A stretch of 64,000 bases of DNA, from positions 12,834,001 through 12,898,000 of the forward strand of contig OZ116709.1 of the NCBI GenBank assembly GCA_964199315.1, given 5' to 3'. The position numbers were made by a program, and so were the translations under genes. Below, in pieces: positions 60,209 through 64,000 of the stretch (position 1 is its first letter; every line of letters begins with the position of its first letter). Source of the stretch: Orbicella franksi (Eukaryota). The notes under the pieces were generated by a model. The model worked only from the letters and a program-made list of their open reading frames with translations. It searched no databases and was not told where the DNA came from.

Positions 60209-61135
60209 AGTAGGATCGAAGGTTACAGTTCTAGTAATGGTAGTCATTTCATTCTACAGAACTGGGAGTAAGTCGTGTAATGTGGACTAATTGATATGTA
60301 CACACTAGTGATTAAAAATTGCTCAAACTAAAATTCCTTAAAAAATGTATTGCCAAGTTCTCTTTTTGTTTGCTTGTAAACGAGACAGGACGATCAGTAG
60401 TCTCCTGCCCCGGGATTCCTCCAGAGCCGTTTTTTTGGGGGATGTCACGCAACGCTCTAAAGAAACTAGACAAGACGATCAGCGAATCAGCGGTCCGGGA
60501 GGTCCCATCCAGTCAGGTGGGGCAGAGCTGGAATGTTTATTTTCTTCATTGTCGGTCTGTATAGTCTGTCGCTCGTCTCCGTCGAAAATAACAGACGGAA
60601 ATACGTCTCCGTTCGCAGGCAGTCTGTAGCTAAAATCCATCTGTCCCTGATTGTATTTAAAAAAGAACTATCGACTTTACACAAATATGAAGAAGATGTC
60701 ACAGTATTACCTCTGAAATGGACTATTTTCTGGAGTTTGCAAAGTTGACTAACCGCAAAACAGAGCCTAACCCTAAGTTGACAAATACATAGCCATGGGA
60801 TTATTCCTTTTTTACTGAGATTCAACTTACCAGTGGGAAATAAAAGATAGAAATCCATCTTCAATTATTTTCAATGATATCTCTTGTCTAAAGAGCATTA
60901 AAATTATCAATATTAAAGTGAGTTACATATGCTGTTGGTGGCGGCTGATGCGATGAGAAAATTGTTTTTCTCTCGAATTTCCCGCTGAAGAATTAGGATT
61001 AGCGGACATATTTGTCTTATCAAAACTTCCGCGATGACAGACATTTATTTCACTCCCACCTCTCTGTGGCTAGCACCATAAAAGCACCAGTGACACAAAG
61101 GAAGGCATGGCTTCATGGAATTTTTATAATCTAAC

Positions 61136-62004
61136 TACAGAATCTCTCCACAACGGCAACCTTAGGGAAAGAGGAAAATGACCTTTGTAGAGAGGTGGCT
61201 ATTATGGAAAGGGGTGTAATGTGACACCTAAGTTTTTTTTTCCAGGGGTGCGACATTTATGTTTTAAAATAGCATCTGAAGACGTAAGACAATCAAAATT
61301 AATTTATGAATAAAACAGGAACCAAAGAAAAACAGAGACCAATGACGTGTAGTGCGGATCAAGTATTATGTAAACGTATGACAAAGTATCTTTAAAATAA
61401 AAAAAAATGGCTTCTGTATGTACCGTTCGTAAGTGATCAACTGGCTGTGGGCGTTCCTATGATGGAAAGGTTAAAATAAGAGTGAATGCATGAAACGTCC
61501 GCCGGGACAAAAAAAAGTGGCCGTTGTAGAGAGGTACGTGGCTATCCTGGAGAGAGAGCCGGGGGGGGGGTACTCCCAGAAAATTTGGTTTGGGGTGTGC
61601 GTCCCATGCCACCTCCCAAAACCCTTACCCTATTTATGACCAAAATCTGCGACTTTTGCTACCCTATTGATGACCTGGCCAAAAATTCGATACCCTATTT
61701 ATGACCGTTGTGGATGGCACAGCTGCCCTAAACATAAGTTATGAAGGGCTTTTGTTGACGGTCTTATTGATAATGATGAAAAAATAGCTTCTTCCAATAA
61801 ACATACCCAATTCAGGACTAGAGTGCTCAAACCATACCCTATTTAAGACCAAAATGGCCAAAATCGATGCCCTATTTATGACCAAAACGGCCGAAAAACC
61901 CTACCCTTTGGGGCCGCACATACCTATATACCCCGTATAAGGGAGTACCCCCCCTCCCCCCTCCACCGGGAGAGAGAGGTGGCCGTTAGCGGATGTTCGA
62001 CTGT
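61136..62004. mobile_element. Tc1/mariner-type MITE (GTGGCCGTTGTAGAGAGG motifs) interrupted by a nested MITE
   Basis: Left TACAGAATCTCTCCACAACGGC, right GGCCGTTAGCGGATGTTCGACTGT. Confidence 0.55.
61559..61970. mobile_element. MITE, CCGGGG-TACTCCC family, copy 2 (nested)
   Basis: TIR CCGGGGGGGGGGTACTCCC / GGGAGTACCCC..CCGGG; flanked by (AG)n on both sides. Confidence 0.78.
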
Positions 62005-63632
62005 CGTTTCGATGTTTGGAAGTAGGTTTTGAGCAGTCCCTCTATGAGATCGTTGCTGCCTGCAAGGACTGCTTCTAGCTTTCCTTCGCTCGCACTATCT
62101 GAACGTTAAGAGACCATAAAAAAAAACGTACTACCCTAAATCATAGTTAGTAGAGGAGACTACTAACTATGCCTAAATGGGAAGCGAGAACGATCCAAGC
62201 CATGGCAGCTCTCGATGCGGAAATCAGTTTCCGAAACAAACGCATCAGCCATTAGCCAGGCTTTGATTAATTATAGTTTATGCCTTGGAGCAATAATCGT
62301 TACGGAAGCGTTTATTGTAATATAAATGGATGAAACTTGCTCAATGCAATACGATTGCTGTTATGCACAAAAATACTTCATGTAATAAAAGCGATATTTT
62401 TTCGCTGACTCAGCTTCACCTTATAAAAGTACTTCTAACGCTAAACACGTTTTGAAGCAGTAGGTTAACATTCTACTTTGTCATATTTTTTCGTGATGAA
62501 AATAAATTCACAACACGAGATCTCTTTTTGGTCTAAATAAATTTCCCTTAATATGTCCTAGGGATTGGTCTTTACCCCAGAATAACTGCATTTGACAGAG
62601 GGTGGGGAGTTCATCAAAAAACAGATTTTGTAAATTTGCGTTTGAGGCCAATTACCCCCGCTTAAACATCAGGCTCAGTCTGAAATAGGTTGTAGATTCC
62701 CTTGAAGAGTCCCTATATGAAAACAGTTCTGATCGGAGAAACTTCCTAGTTATTCACCAGTCTATTTATACCCAAAAATCAGTTTAATTAAATTCCCTTT
62801 AAATATATTTTTGAGCTTACCTAGTACAATCAATCGACCGGGTAACTCTGTCTCATGATAACCAGCAACTTGCGCAGAAACAGTGATTCCAACTTTCATG
62901 AATTTGAAATCATTTGATTTAATAAATTTTTTTTAACCTATACTCAAAATTTCTAAAATTGTCTGTAGACCTTTGCAAAATTGTAGAAACCTAAAGCAGG
63001 TGAAAAAAGAATAAGCTGTAACGTAACTTTTTAATCAGTCGAACACGAAGCTTAGAGATTCAGTTTGAAATTAGCCAGTTATGTATAGCTAAGACATCAC
63101 TGACTCAGTGTACAGGATACTAATAGAAAAAAGAAAATGCAGCTCGATGGGAAACGCAAAATACACTCAATAAGTTCGCCAATTTTTTTTTCTTCATTCT
63201 CACTACACTTCATAGCACATGGAAATTTACAAGATCCTAGGGAAGCTTGCAAAGTGCATTGGCAGTGTCTGCGCGTTTCCGTCTTTCCAATACAGTTTTC
63301 ATGTTCTTGTTTTGCGCTTGCATTCATTGGAACCAAGGAGCGTACTTAAGCAGCAATTCCTACGACAAACCAGCTTACAACAATGTAGCACAGAAACACG
63401 CCGGACTTCAAGATTCAGCGAAGTTACGTGCTTGATGACGAGGATAAACGCGGTGAGGAAGATCCTACGATAGAAAGGACAACCCTGCGAGTGGGGCATT
63501 ATCAACCACAACCTGACCAGTCAAGCGAACGGCTGATACCGGCGAAGCGAAATAAAATTTAAGAAGCAAGAACCCAGGTATAAGCGGTACTCATTTGTCA
63601 GTTAAGCCATGCATTCATAATCTAATTCCCCC

Positions 63633-63917
63633 CCCGGGGGGGGGGAACTCCCATATAAAAATGACGGGGGTGCTCGTCCTACTTTTTAGAGGTTAAAAAA
63701 GCGGTTTTGTTACCTCTTAGGGTGTTTAGCCTCAAAAGGTCCACAGCGGGAACTTTTGCGGTACATTTTAGGGTATTGGGCCGAAATAATATGGGAGATC
63801 ATGTGTTATGTAAGAATTGGTACGCCCACAAAACAGGATCTTGGTACCTCTTAGGGGGTTCTTTTCAAAATTTCCGATGAGCACCCCCGTCCTTTTTATA
63901 TAAGAGTCCCCCCCGGG
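63633..63917. mobile_element. MITE with CCCGGGGG termini
   Basis: TIR includes ATATAAAAATGACGGGGGTGCTC / GAGCACCCCCGTCCTTTTTATAT. Confidence 0.78.
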
Positions 63918-64000
63918 TATAAGTCTTGCATTGTGTTAAGATTCAACGCGTAGTTTCCATAACTAATTCAGTGTTGCCGGCAAAGAAAGGACTCTTTCAG

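Noticed and set aside
60330-60640. Minus frame MDFSYRLP...LIR*SSCLV suggesting a UxxC selenoprotein, with an apparent second TGA-SSCLV
   Set aside because: The two motifs are 85 nt apart, so they are not in the same frame; there is no recognisable selenoprotein fold and no SECIS identified.

Overview
Eukaryotic, intron-rich, AT-rich DNA. The repeat families resemble those of stony corals or other anthozoans (inference). Nearly the whole window is the 5' part of one minus-strand spectraplakin gene (dystonin/MACF1/shot family). I traced about 50 coding exons by hand with consistent reading phase, from 55.5 kb to position 1: two CH domains (actin-binding domain), a plakin domain with SH3, a run of spectrin repeats, then a giant exon (6289 to below 1, at least 2096 open codons). 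The giant exon carries a 720-bp (240-aa) tandem repeat built from an acidic-ENG-basic-Thr motif. The ORF track misses this frame because it runs off the window; the Ser/Thr-rich + strand ORFs at 108-5979 are its antisense shadows. The locus appears to use several alternative first exons: two or more ahead of CH1, an internal 216-codon exon with an N-terminal transmembrane helix that splices in frame into the SH3 region, and a 21-codon exon that splices in frame into the giant exon. These isoforms are predictions from splice-site and phase logic, not from transcript data. Introns hold SINEs, truncated LINE 3' ends, MITEs, hairpin elements and minisatellites. No rRNA, bona fide tRNA or CRISPR array is supported.
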